From Dimorphilus gyrociliatus (lineage: Eukaryota; Animalia; Annelida), in the NCBI GenBank assembly GCA_904063045.1, contig CAJFCJ010000004.1, positions 432,195 through 496,194 on the forward strand: 64,000 nucleotides of DNA, in the 5' to 3' direction. The position numbers and the translations under genes are program-made. Below the pieces are notes generated by a model that saw nothing but the letters and a program-made list of their open reading frames with translations, had not been told where the DNA came from and did not search any database. This document shows positions 25,459 to 38,394 of this stretch, in pieces. Within the stretch, counting starts at the first letter, position 1; each line of letters opens with the position of its first letter.

Positions 25459-28400
25459 CTAAGAATAAAATGTTAGTACACTTTCTTGATTTCCTCTTAA
25501 TAGCAAAATAGGTGGCATGCCTTTCGTTATCGTCTCTAACCAACACATGTAAAGACCTGATGGAACAATACTTTTTCTTGGCATTGGCAAAGTCCTGAAT
25601 TGTGTTAATTATCATTCATAAATTTTGAAATATACAGTATAATGTTATTGGGAAAAACACTTACATTACTATTAAATTTGCGTTACAAGAATGCTCTTGG
25701 AGAATTTCCCTCAAACGAATATGGCGGTAGGTCTAAAGCGATGGACATATAGTAAAATAATACTTATTAAAGAGCTTAAATATACGAACTCGATCTTTTT
25801 GCGCTGATAAAACTATTTCAGATACTTTCCAGGGGTTTTCAACGGGTGACTCATCTTTTCCCAATATCCATGGGGCGACTAAATCGTCAAATCTATCAAT
25901 ACTGAAAAGAGCAAATGGAACCTAAGTAAAATTTATACAATTGATAACAATTTTTTACCCATCAATTGACGGTTTTCTTCCAATATCTGATATCATTTTA
26001 ATTGATGCACAATCGATACGGAATTTGCTCAATAGTGTAGCCATACTTCTTTGATCTCTATCCAATTCTCCTTTTTTCGAAGACGCTCCAAACACTCTTA
26101 ATTTACTATTTCTCCAATGGCCAGATAGTAGATACGGAATTAATAATGTCAAACCTCCATCATCAAAAAGCCACCAAACATCAATAGTACCATGTTTTTT
26201 TGAAGCTTTTATAAGAGGCCCTTTAAATGGAAGAAAAACAAATTTTTTAAATCATGGAAACAAACTTAAATCAACGACATTTAAATTATGAATACATATA
26301 TTACAAACGACTGGTCAAATCTCAGTGTTTGTAGAGGTTTAAACAGCTATGGGTAGAAAAAGGTTATAACAAAGCGAAGGGTTAGAATGCTTACTACAGC
26401 TCATACGCCGATCAGTATGCAAATGATATGGGAAATCAGGCTTGGGATTGTTTCTACTTTCGGGGGACTGTTCCTTTAATTCTTTCTTTTCTAGTTGTGG
26501 ACTTTTCTCATCATCAGAATTTTCTGTATAATTAAATGAATTAACGTTACTTCCTTATTATTTCCAAATTTAATTTAAAGATTGCTTAATCAGTTTTATA
26601 CTTAGTAATTGTTAATTAATTAGAAATTGAACCTAAAAAATTTTTATACCTTCTTCAAAATGGATAGCATTTGACTGGCAACAAAAACCTTCGTCAATTC
26701 TAAGGATACCGACTCCGTAACGTAGATCAAAGGCATTATGTATTATACTGACGTACTCGTGTACCTTATAAAAAATATCTCTTGAGCATAAAAGAAATCA
26801 ATAATTACAATTTGCTTACATCAAATTGAGACGATTTCACCCAATTTCTTTTGAACCCTAAGAGTAGCGTATTTGGTTTAAGTTTTCCTAAGCCAGAAGT
26901 TTGCAAAGCTGCGGTAACTCCATTTTGGAAGGAGTTAGATTTTATCGAATTATAAAAAGCCTTGATTTTATTCTTAGAGAACCACTTATACGCTAATTCT
27001 CCTCTTGTATGGTCTATTGTTAAATTCTTCTCGTTAAGAATTATATCTGCACAGATAAATAAACTAATATCTTTCGTAATTGTTGCTGCAAATTTGACCA
27101 AGTCTGGCCGACAAAGGGGATGACCTACAAAAACATATTTTTGTAAAATTAAGTACATAGGATAAAAAGCCAAAAAAGCATAAAACATCAGTAAATTTTA
27201 CCTGCCAACACAATAACTTGAGGTCGATAATTCTTTATATGCTCAGAAACAGAAACTAACTTTAGAGTAGAATTTAAAGCATTCTTGTAAACGTGAGCCT
27301 GTGTTGAGCTACCCCAATTAATATCTGGCTTTTTATAATGAACATAAGCATATAGAGATATGTTTAAAAAAAATGTTATAAGAGCAGTCCACCAATTAAT
27401 GATAAACATTACAGCCAGGCATAATATTGCTCCGAAAAGAGCTAGCCACATGTTATAGTATTTAAATGCTGGTCTCCATCCAGGACTTTTTGCGAAGGAC
27501 GCATCAAAACACGAGTAATTTATAAGAGCATAGCTCATGAGGAAGAAATTGGAAATGAGAGGAGCAATTGCGTTTAAATGACCAATTCCTATAAAACCAG
27601 CCGCGATAAAGAACGTAAGTATATAACCAAGTCTTGGTTCATCACTTTTTCCATAACCTTTACCAAAAATACTGATGTATGGGAAAATTTTATCTTTGCA
27701 AACAGCTTGGAAAACTTTTGGAGCTGATACTAAACTAGCTAAAGCTGAAGATAGAGTTGCTGCAAAAATTCCAGCTGTAACGAGGGGACCAAATGCAGAA
27801 ATCAGTCGCATAGCTTGCATATCGTTTTGTAAGCCAAATTTACAGGTAAATTCCTGGCAATAATTTGTTGAATTTTCTGTTATATTCAGATTTCCTATAG
27901 CATCTCTTTCGACGCTAGCACCAGCTAACACTGCCATTCCAATGTACGATATAGAGCTTACCAAAATTGCCACTAGTGTACCCTATAAAATCCCAAAAAC
28001 AAAATTTATTAAATCATTTAGATATTATACGTATACAACACGATACATACTTTTGGAATGGCTTTTTGAGCATCTTTTAAATCACCAGAAATATTAGCTC
28101 CTGCTAATATTCCAGTAGCAGCAGGGAAGAAAATGGCAAATACGGAGAAAAAATTTTCATTGTTTCTAAAATCTGGCTTAAAATTTTCTTTTATAACTCC
28201 CGAAGAATAGCCTAAAAATCCCTTTGCTTGTTTATCATCATTTGGCGGTATAAAACTTCCAATGATTATGTTTATCATCGCTACCAATAAAATAGCTAAG
28301 AGAACAACTTGAGCTCTGGCTTCCCATTCCATGCCAATTAGCGCAATAGCAAGTAGAAAACAGACAGTAATTAAGCCTATGAAACATAATAATTGTTTAA

Positions 28401-30117
28401 TTTAAAAGTTAAAGATGGTTGGATGTAAGTTTTATTTCTTGCCTATAATCCGTACGTCGTTTATTTCATCTATCATCAAGGCATCATTATCTTTTAGCAT
28501 ATCACGTATGGTTTCGGCAAACCCCACAATATACATTGCAACAGCGACGGCATTTGCAACGGAAAAAATTAAACCGATAGCACCCCCGAATTCGGGCCCT
28601 AAAGATCTCGATATTAAATAATATGCTCCACCACCTTTCACTTGGCCATTTGTACATATTGCTGACATAGATAATGTTGTCAATATGGTTACGACGCAGG
28701 AGAGGCAGACAACTAACACGCTTAGGCCGATACCTGCTTGACCGACAACCCAAGAGAGACGAAGGAACAGCATTACACCTGCAGGCAAAAAATCGATCTG
28801 TATCTAATTTCATTAAAAAACGCTTTGTTTTAAAGTATGGTATGAGAAATTATTTAGATTTTACAAATGATAATCTTTATGTTAAAGAAATAGAAATTAT
28901 AAATCAATAGAAAATAAGAAAAAGGTAGCTTATTATATAGGACTATATCGATTAAGCTAATAGGATTCTGTAGTAAACTCAATGACGCACTATGCTTGAT
29001 ATGATAATAGATAATTGAAAATATGATTTAGTTTTTTATAATATATCCCTTCTGACTACTATCATCATTATTAGATTGAATTTTGGTCTAAAACTTGAAT
29101 AAAGTTTCATCATACCCCATATATTCAAAAGGCATCTTATTAGAACCCCTTTAATCCAACCAAATTTTAGTGGTTTAGGATCGTGCTTTCCGCCAGTTGC
29201 CACCGCCTCCCCATTAAGTGCTTTTATCTGTTAAAGAAGAGCAATTCATTACGACATCTTATCACTTTTGAATGCTTTATCAAAGTTCCTCCCACCTGCA
29301 TCTGCTTCTCGTCTGATAAAGCGCCTTCAATATCCCCCTCATAATCCTCTTGCATTTCGTGCAATTCGAGAAGAGTAGGCCGTTTCTTCATGTTAAAATT
29401 ACCGGCAGATAATAAATTTCGATAATGGTCCACGTGTGGTAAAGTCTCTAAAGTATTTAAATTAGCCGATCTTATATGACCAGTATCATACGAATCCATA
29501 TTCAAGCTTGGTGACATAGGAGGACTAGAGGAGCTAGTAGAGATTCTCCTAGGCCTATTTTGACTCAATATAACCTATGCATAGCAATAAATTATAAAAT
29601 TAATAAATATAAAATCGAATATAAATAATAAGTTTCTGTCAAAAAATAACTTGACTCTGAATGAATGAAAATTACATTGATTAATCATTTATGTTGGTAC
29701 CGTTGAACCTGATAATCATATTTATACATATTTGCTTTATGTCATAATTTTTATCATTTCTCTTACCATCTACGGGTCTGCATAATATATAATAAAAAAG
29801 TAAATAGTCTCTGTAAATAAAACAAGAATTTTCAGGCGTAATAAATCCATTGTTCTTAAAATATATATTAATCTCCATTTTCATAAATTTGCTCTACAGA
29901 AACTTATTATTATAGCAATCTAAAGAAACATTTTAATATGAAAAACATGTACCCTCTTTGCCGCATGGCTAAGCATTCTTTCAGAAAAAGAGTTTCGACG
30001 TTCTTCGGCGCTTATTTCTGTTACTTGTTCCACTTTGAAACGACTTTTTGACTTGTTACGGCCGTCCAATTCGCCAATTTCATCTAAATCTTCTCCAGAT
30101 ATTGAAAACTTTGCCAT
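25459..30117 (-). CDS. SLC12A2: Na-K-2Cl cotransporter (SLC12A1/2/3 co-orthologue), 13 exons, about 1041 aa
   Basis: Exons 30117-29953, 29574-29296, 29227-29116, 28778-28443, 28376-28051, 27982-27202, 27124-26820, 26764-26650, 26523-26395, 26220-25959, 25901-25790, 25732-25665, 25594-25459 (3126 nt). SPAK/OSR1 docking [89 protein letters not shown] end. Confidence 0.94.
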
Positions 30118-32723
30118 TCTTGGTTCTTTACACTCACAATGATTATTGAATGAGTCTCGGAGCGTGCTTGCGTAATGTCGCTAGTGACCTCTATTAAAGT
30201 TTTCTACAATGGATCATGTAGCCACACCACGTGAATATACTAAAATGTCAATTTTTTTGTTGAAACGATAAATTAGCATAGATATTATTTAAAACTTAAT
30301 TTAAAGTAGTTAGTCCTTCGTAAACCTGACAAAAGTAGTCTAGACTCAAATAAAATAACTTGAACTCAACAAAGACCACCACATGGTGTCCGATGGCGCC
30401 ATCTGTGCTAAAAATTAAAGAAAGTTCATTCTTATCACAACACATGTAATATTATAATTTCTCTTTGAAATCTTTGAAAAAAGTGTTCAAAAGTAATTTG
30501 TCAGTCAGGGAGAAAAATCTAAAATTACATCATGCCTTAATTCTTTCTATTATTATCAGTAAAATCATCAGTAATATTCTTTTAGGGAAAAATCATGAAA
30601 TAGTAATTCGTTAATACTTGAACAGTAATATTAAAAAACTATTAAAATGATGTATATATAAAAGAAGAGTTTGAAATGGGGTATATTATAATATAAAGGG
30701 ATGACAATAAATTAATATCAATTTGCAAGTAAAAATTGCTTTTTTATAGATTAAAATATTACGTATTGAACTTAAAAATTTTCAGTAAAATCTATATTAT
30801 GAATATTTTATTTCGTAAATAATTTATAGTTTAATAACAAAAGTATAAATTGTATCAATGTAAATCAATCCTTTTGTAAAAACGTATGTATTAGATGTAT
30901 TCTGGCCTTATGAAGATGTCAAGCTTCTTTCCGGATAATTAATTCCATCTTTAAATTATAAGACATTTAAAGTAATTCTGAATAAATGATTCTTATCAGC
31001 TTAACTACTATTTCAATATTTACTTTGTTTGGATGAGTTTATTTTAAATTTCCTTAACTTAATGATGTTCCATATGTGTACTCAACTCTTCCATACAGCA
31101 AGTATAATATATCTTCTCAAAGAGAGACTGTACAACTGAAATGTAAAGTAAAACATGACGAGAATCTGTAATTAAATTATATATTATTTTTATTTTGACC
31201 TAGTTATTGTTAACTGCATAATCTAAATAAATGTAATTTTTCACTATTAAAGTATATTTTAAGCAAATTAACTATTTAATTATCAACAAACAGTACTATA
31301 TATAAGCAGTAGTATATGTACTAATATATGTTAAGTAAAAGATACATGCAAGAAAACAACAGCTCTTTCTCCCTAGATATGGTTTTTATTTTCTATTAAT
31401 TTATCATTTTATGAGCGTAAATAACTTTTTACTTTGGTAAAAAGAAACCTTTTAGAAGTGTTTATCTTAAAAAGTAGAGAATAAACGTTTTTCCATATTG
31501 AAATATGAAATTAATATACTGCACATTACTTTTAAAAAGAAACTACTAAAAGATCTTAATACTATTAAATTCCTAATTATGATTTTATGAAACATATCTG
31601 TTAAGTATTGTTATTTATGGTTATTGTCAGTTTTTACTTTCATTTCTTATATGATAAGATTTATAAAGCACTTTAACACAATTTTTTTTCATTATCTAAT
31701 CCAAAATATATCTTCAGAATGGGTTATATGTCGTAATATAGATAACTATCCGTTAAGCAACAAGTGAATAGTTAACACCACCTACCGGATATACTGTTTA
31801 TTTTCCTACTATAGTTCATAATTAACAACTGAAAGCTTGTGAAAAGAAGAAATAGATGAAGCAGAGAATACCGAGGTCAAAAAGTAAATATAGAAGTTCC
31901 TAGTAATCTAGGGAAACCATTTAGAAAGGATTAAAAGTTTATTTATAACATTAATTAGTAAAACAAAACAGAGGATTAATTTCCCTTTTTAAGGAAAACA
32001 GAATTCTCTAAGTAATTATTTTCTAACTTGATAAGCTAATCCTCTACATTTTTTGAAAGTTTTGCTTTAAAAATATAGAAATTAGCTTTCTAATACAAAT
32101 AGCATAGAAAAAAAGTCCTTAGTATTCTATTCATAACGACTTTTCTTATTGTTACTTGTTTGTTCTCATTTTTTACCGTTTTTACATGTTTGCGGATGAA
32201 CATACTCTTGTGAGAGATGCACAATACTATATTGATAGTAAAATCTAATCTTGAAGAAAGCTTTTAAGAACTATTTTTCTACAGCAAAGCACGTGACTAC
32301 TCACCTATTATTAATACATTCTTGTGAATGTTTCGAAAACCTCAGTCATTAGTAAGTCAATAAATGGTAAGTTATATGAACTAATACTCTATTAAGTCTT
32401 ACGTATTTATACTAATATATTAAAAAGAGTACTCTGAGGAATTGAAAAATCATTTTCAACTATTAAATAAAAACTGGTTGAATTTTTCACATTTCTTCGC
32501 TAAACAAGTACTTTTAAAAGTAGAAAATTCGTATCCATATTTACAAATTATACATTGTTCCATTTAAAATATATTGGAATCTTGTCTTAAAAATTGATGT
32601 TGATGTTGATTAATCTGAAGCATTTTTCAGATATACTTCTACAGCTTCCTAATTCCTTCTCAGCGTAAAAACTTGACATTATTTGAAGTATAACTGAAAA
32701 ATACCTTTTGTCTTAAAATAATC

Positions 32724-33701
32724 ATGAATGGTACAAGATTGATTTATGCTGAATCTGCAAAGTCTTTTGCTTTTCTTTATAAACTAAAAATTAATATCCT
32801 TATACTTGTTCTTTGCATGTATGGTGCTTTTTTAATTTTGGGTATAGTTGGAAACATCTTGATTCTAATAATATTTTCTAAGAAAATAAAATATTTTACC
32901 AATGGTAATAATGGTCTATTTATAAGATTTCTGGCTTGGATGGACTTGTTATCTTGTTTAATTTCAGCTCCATTATCTTTCCATAGAGACATACAAAACC
33001 ATATATTTCCTATAAGAAGCCAACTTATGTGCAGTATTACTAGTTTTCTTCAGATAGTTTTTCCTAGTATGTCAGTTAATACACTTTTGGCAATTTCTTG
33101 TGAAAGATACTGTGCTGTAACTAAACCTTTTATGACAATAAGCAAGAATAAGTGGAAATTATTTATTATAATTTATTGTATAATAACTGTAATCAATGGA
33201 GGAATAGTTGGTAGTGAAACAACTACTTTCTCAGGAAAGTATGTATGTTACAATTATGCCGAGAAAAAATCCACTCTGAAAAAGTTAGTTAACTATGGCA
33301 CAGCCTTCATTTTGGCAACAGTTATGATAACGTCAATAATTCTATACGCTTTAATGTTTTATTTTTTAAGAAAACGTAAAAGAGTAGTAGCAATCCGTAC
33401 CAATTCGGTGGACACCACTGGAGATGGAAGTTTTGATTCTAAAGGAAGAAATGAAAGAAGGATGATTAAACAAATGTTTACTTGTTTCTATGTTTTTGTT
33501 GTATATTTGGTTGTGATTATTCCAGCTTTGTTAGGCTATGTTGGAACTTTTAAAAAGCTGAGGATATCCTTAACTTACCATATATCATTCCTTAATAATA
33601 TAATTAACTTTTATGTTTACTATGCTAGAATGAGAACGTTTAGACAAGATGTAAAAAGTGTTTTTTACGATGTTTCTAAAATATTCTCGTGGCAGAGATG
33701 A
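32724..33701 (+). CDS. Orphan class A (rhodopsin-like) GPCR, intronless, 325 aa
   Basis: Seven hydrophobic segments. TM1 GN, TM2 LAxxD (FLAWMDL), TM3 Cys and ERY (ISCERYCAV), ECL2 Cys, TM6 Pro, TM7 NNIINFYVY followed by helix 8 FRQDV. Confidence 0.88.
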   Translation: MNGTRLIYAESAKSFAFLYKLKINILILVLCMYGAFLILGIVGNILILIIFSKKIKYFTNGNNGLFIRFLAWMDLLSCLISAPLSFHRDIQNHIFPIRSQLMCSITSFLQIVFPSMSVNTLLAISCERYCAVTKPFMTISKNKWKLFIIIYCIITVINGGIVGSETTTFSGKYVCYNYAEKKSTLKKLVNYGTAFILATVMITSIILYALMFYFLRKRKRVVAIRTNSVDTTGDGSFDSKGRNERRMIKQMFTCFYVFVVYLVVIIPALLGYVGTFKKLRISLTYHISFLNNIINFYVYYARMRTFRQDVKSVFYDVSKIFSWQR

Positions 33702-35349
33702 ATGATACATAAAATTTCAGAAGAGAAAAGCGAAGAAGGGGAATAAGTTGACACGTTACTTGTCTACATTATAATCTATATATCTCCTCTCGGGAAATAT
33801 AATATATTCTTGTTTTTTATTTGTATTATTGTTTATTATTCAAATGAAAAAAAACAAACTAGACTTTTTATAAAAGACCGGAATACGGAAAGGAGTATCC
33901 AACAGTCCGCTATAAATTACTAATTTTCATTATTAGATAGAAAATATTTCTATGTATCAAACAAAGCATCCTATTTAATATAGTACTGTTTTTTAACCAT
34001 TATTCTACTAGGCTCATTAAAAGCTTTAACAACGGTTATCAATAGCTAAAAAAGAGAAAAAAGTATAATTTTAATTGAAATATTGAATGAAATCATACGA
34101 AAAAAAAAACAATAGTAATAGAAAGTAAACACATAGAAGGATTTTTACATATGTTTCTTTATTAAATTTTGACTAGATGATACTTTAACAGCGTTTTTCT
34201 TCATAATCGTTCAAACAAATAATTTTAATTATAAAATGAATAGCCTTTAAAGAATAATTGAAAATTGAGAATAGTATTTCTGTAACAAATAATCACAACA
34301 AACAGACGATTAGTGATTGTAAGACTAATAAATATAGCTAATGCCATCTAGTGCTTATAAAATTTTTAAAAGTTATTAAACATTGGCCTTTAAAGAAACG
34401 TTGAATTATCTTATTGATAAAAAAAATTAATTGATATATTTATTAGTTTATTACAAAAGTCTTGAACATAAAAAAGAGGTACTAAAAAACCCATTTGGAG
34501 CGCCGTCTAACGTGTTTATTCTTCAAATTGCGATAAAATTATCCAATTTTCAATAATAATTTACTTATAAAGTCTCTATTTTACAATACAAGAACATTTA
34601 AAATAGGTATATTAATATTGTTATTTATCTATTAAATATCTATAGAGTATATAAATAACGAAATTTCTGTATATACGTATGAATGTATTAAACCGTTTAA
34701 AAAATATTTTATCTTATGTTAAAATTGAATCTAATAGAAATATTTAACTTTACCTTTTATATAGTTTATATTTATTTTTAAATAACATAATACTCTAGAA
34801 ATATTGTTGAAATTTAACACTTTATATACTTTTCATTCATAACGTTTGTCTGGTGAATTATTATTATTATTCTATTTTATATTTCTATATTATAAAATGA
34901 TTAACAACCCTGGATATATCAAGAATTGTTAAAGTCGCTTGTCAAAAAGTCACGTGATAAAAGAAAGTATTTCTAAAAGTAAAAAGAAGATAGGGAAAAA
35001 GTTATACCTGCTTCCTGGGCAACGTCCTTACATGCAAAGAGAAAGTTTCTCTTTTTTTTTTCTTCTGTTGAAAATTACCATAAAGAGTGAATAGTTTATT
35101 AGAATTATTTAAGAGGGTACTTGTCGGTTTTATTGTCAATATTTAAACTTCTATAAGGGTAAATTTTAACAAACTATGTTGGATTATATAACAAAATATG
35201 ATTCCTATTATAACATTCCACTCTCTCATAACTATTGTCAAGTCAACTGTAAAAAAAAGGTGTACTACTAGGCCTTAACATTTTAGGTTAACTATGTTAT
35301 TGCCTTAAAGATTTTTCACTTTACAAATACATTCTGTTAGGAAAAGAAA

Positions 35350-35736
35350 ATGTCTAGAAGTAGTGAAGATGAAGTTCGTTATCAGAGAAGATCAATTAGT
35401 TTCGACATAGGTCTCTATGCCGAAGCGCTTGAAATGTCGTATGATGAAAATAAGGATTCAAACTTTGAAATATTGAATCAAAGAGTTAGTAAAAAGGCTA
35501 GCTGGAATGAGGATACATCTTTATTGGATATGGTTTGTATATTAAAGATAATCTAAGTTGAAAATATCTATGAAAAATGTATATAAACAACTCTGGTACT
35601 TTATTAGTACAATATAATAGATATCGTCAGAGATAAATCAAAACTACTAAATACCAGCATAAAGACAAGACAAAAAATGCTACGCTGTCTTTGTTCTCTT
35701 ATCATTTTTATATCAATATACATTGAAATATATTAG
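35350..35736 (+). CDS. Short hypothetical protein (about 103 aa) with a C-terminal hydrophobic segment, or alternative 5' exons of the BIR gene
   Basis: Exon 35350-35532, GT-AG intron 35533-35607 (phase 0), exon 35608-35736 ending MLRCLCSLIIFISIYIEIY-stop. Confidence 0.4.
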
Positions 35737-36354
35737 TATGTTTGGTGTGAACAATGGTTCAAAACAATAAAAAAAATTCACTTCTTTGATAGCCTTCGAA
35801 AGATAATAATAGATACAGTATATGTACTGTATATATTGTGTAATACTATTCAAATAGTAGTTTCCCACCCTCTTTCGTGTTTTATTATATTTCATCATGT
35901 TTAATAAACAAATCGTAAGAGAAGTGCTATGTCACATATCGAATTTCAAAAGGAAATATTTACACTCAACACAGGTCATTGATAAATGATATCAAAGAAG
36001 TAAAAATACAAGTATTAAATATTTATCTATTAAACGGATTAATCAATTTTCTAATTAATTAAATACTTTTACCCTTTTGTAAATTACAAAGCAGTTAAAT
36101 AGTTAATAACAAATACTTATTATATAACTATGCATTTGCATTTAGCTACAAAGTTAAGTATATGTAATCGTTTATATCTTGTAGGTAGGTTACAATCTTT
36201 GTAATTCCTCTATCTCTCTCCCTATCTCATATTCATATAATTATCACTGCCAAATTATCTTCGTCATCCATATGTTATAGTTAATTAATTTCATTTAATA
36301 TAGTCTATATTTATTTCTTTTCTCTAGCTAATATGTCATTTCTTTCCTATGTAG

Positions 36355-37473
36355 ACACCCGGCTATATTGATAAAAAGCGAGATTTAACTAATGGCTATG
36401 ACGTCATACTTAAAAGATTGGCGAATAGATTAACAACTGTTGAGAATGCTAAATATATTGACTATTTTATAAGAGAAAAATCATTTTTAAAATTGCCAAA
36501 AATTAAAGAAAAATCCTACTTAAAAAAGCAAGATTCTGCACTCATTGAACAATATAATATAAAATGCTATTTTGGTGTTGAAAAGCTATCAGAAGCTGGA
36601 TTTTATTACGATGAAGATGAAGAATTAATCAAATGTTTCTATTGTTCGAAAAGAGCATCTAGGAAATCGTATTACGAAGATATTTGGAAGCAACATTTAA
36701 CAAATTGTAATTTTGTAATGTATTTAAAAGGTTATAAATTCTTTGTTGAAAACTGCAAATTGGATGAAATTAAATTTGAAATTTTAATGAAAAATGACTA
36801 TATATATGGAGTAAAAGGTATAACAACAATTACGTATATATATATATATATATATACTGTATATAAATTTATAAATGATGACAATGAGTCATTTTTTAAA
36901 TCAATTAAAAACGAAACTAGATTAGATAAAATGGCTTTAGAATTTAATAGATTTTAATATATTTCTTTACTTAGTATATCCTCATTACCAGTTAACCTAT
37001 TATATTCTCATAAAATGTAAAATCTAAGGATAGTATTACTATTGTTGTTGTAAAAAAAGACATACATATACTATCTTATTTTAGTATTTTTGTTATTGCT
37101 ACAACAATTATGCTCTATATGAAACGAATTCAGACTAACATCTATTTTCTTTTTAGAAGAGGAGATGGATGAACCTAACTATCAAACATTTAAGAGCCGT
37201 TTAGAGACATTTCAAGATGTCTCCTTTGATAATACCTCTGTAAAATTTGCAGAAGCTGGATTCTTTTGCAATTCGGTTAATAATGTTAAATGCTTTTTTT
37301 GTGGTTTAATATTGAAAAATTGGAAACAGTATACTGACAGAACGCCTCTAGAGTATCATGCTCATTTTTCAAAAACGTGTTTCTACGTCATTACTGTTGC
37401 AGGACAAATATTCGCAGATACTTGCAGAAATGATCAGAATTTTAATTGCAAGTTAGAATCTAATCAAAGCTGA
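36355..37473 (+). CDS. Inhibitor-of-apoptosis-like protein with two BIR domains and no RING; 5' exon uncertain
   Basis: Phase-0 acceptor at 36354; exon 36355-36817, phase-1 intron 36818-37156, exon 37157-37473. BIR1 LSEAGFYY...KCFYC...HLTNC (degenerate). BIR2 SRLETF...AEAGFF...KCFFC...LKNW...H-x6-C (canonical). Confidence 0.8.
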
Positions 37474-37631
37474 ATAGAATAATAATTACCTACATTTAAT
37501 CCTATAAAATTCGAAATGTATAATCTCCCATGTTTCTCTCTTAATTATTTAACGATATAAAAGCATCTATTTCTCTATTTGAGAAGGTTACAGTCTAGTT
37601 TAACTAAACAAGGAAATACTAAGAAATCAAA

Positions 37632-37721
37632 TTCCTGGAATTCCTCGGAAGAATTTTCAGATTATATCACGGAATAAGCATACAAGTTTCATATGAAATT
37701 AGATTGACTATGACGTCATAG
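37632..37721. promoter_or_regulatory. Tandem STAT sites (TTCCTGGAA + TTCCTCGGAA) and a 14-bp palindromic CRE (CTATGACGTCATAG)
   Basis: Exact matches at 37632-37640, 37641-37650 and 37708-37721, between the 3' ends of the BIR gene and RNF11. Confidence 0.45.
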
Positions 37722-38394
37722 CTTGCGGGAGAAAGAAAAAAATGACGCTAACATCGAATTATATTATAACTGTATAGTGTTTACTCCATCTTTTTTTAGT
37801 AATACTATTCGTCTGAAATAAAAAAAAAGCATGGCAAATATTCATTTCTAACTCTTATATTCGATGATTTTCAAATCAACGATATTATCACAATTGGTAC
37901 AATATTACATATATATGTAGTTTTTTTTTTGACCAGATTACACGAACACAACTATTTAAAAATATATATAATTCACGTTAAATAGAAAAATGACTATTAT
38001 GCATTATAAATGAATTTTTTAAGATTAATACTGACAATCAGTCAAACGCACAGTAAAGATAAAAATAATAGCTAAAAGATATATAAGTAAAATAAACAAT
38101 TTAGCAATATATTCATTATTTTCTGACACTTTTTCATTCTCAATATATCTAGGCCATAAGAACCAATAAGGACTTTGAAATTTACGAATATTCATTTCTT
38201 ATTTTGTTGTAAATCAAAGCTAATTGTGTCTGTCCTTTAAGTTGATATAATCAAAATAACAAATTATTTTTTTTCAGTTTCATTTTTGTTTAAATAAAGA
38301 TTTAAAACAAATTAATCAGAGATAGTTTTAAAGTTGATATGAAGCTTACTACTTCCGGAATGGTTTTTAATAGTTTTCAGTCAAGTTTACCAGT

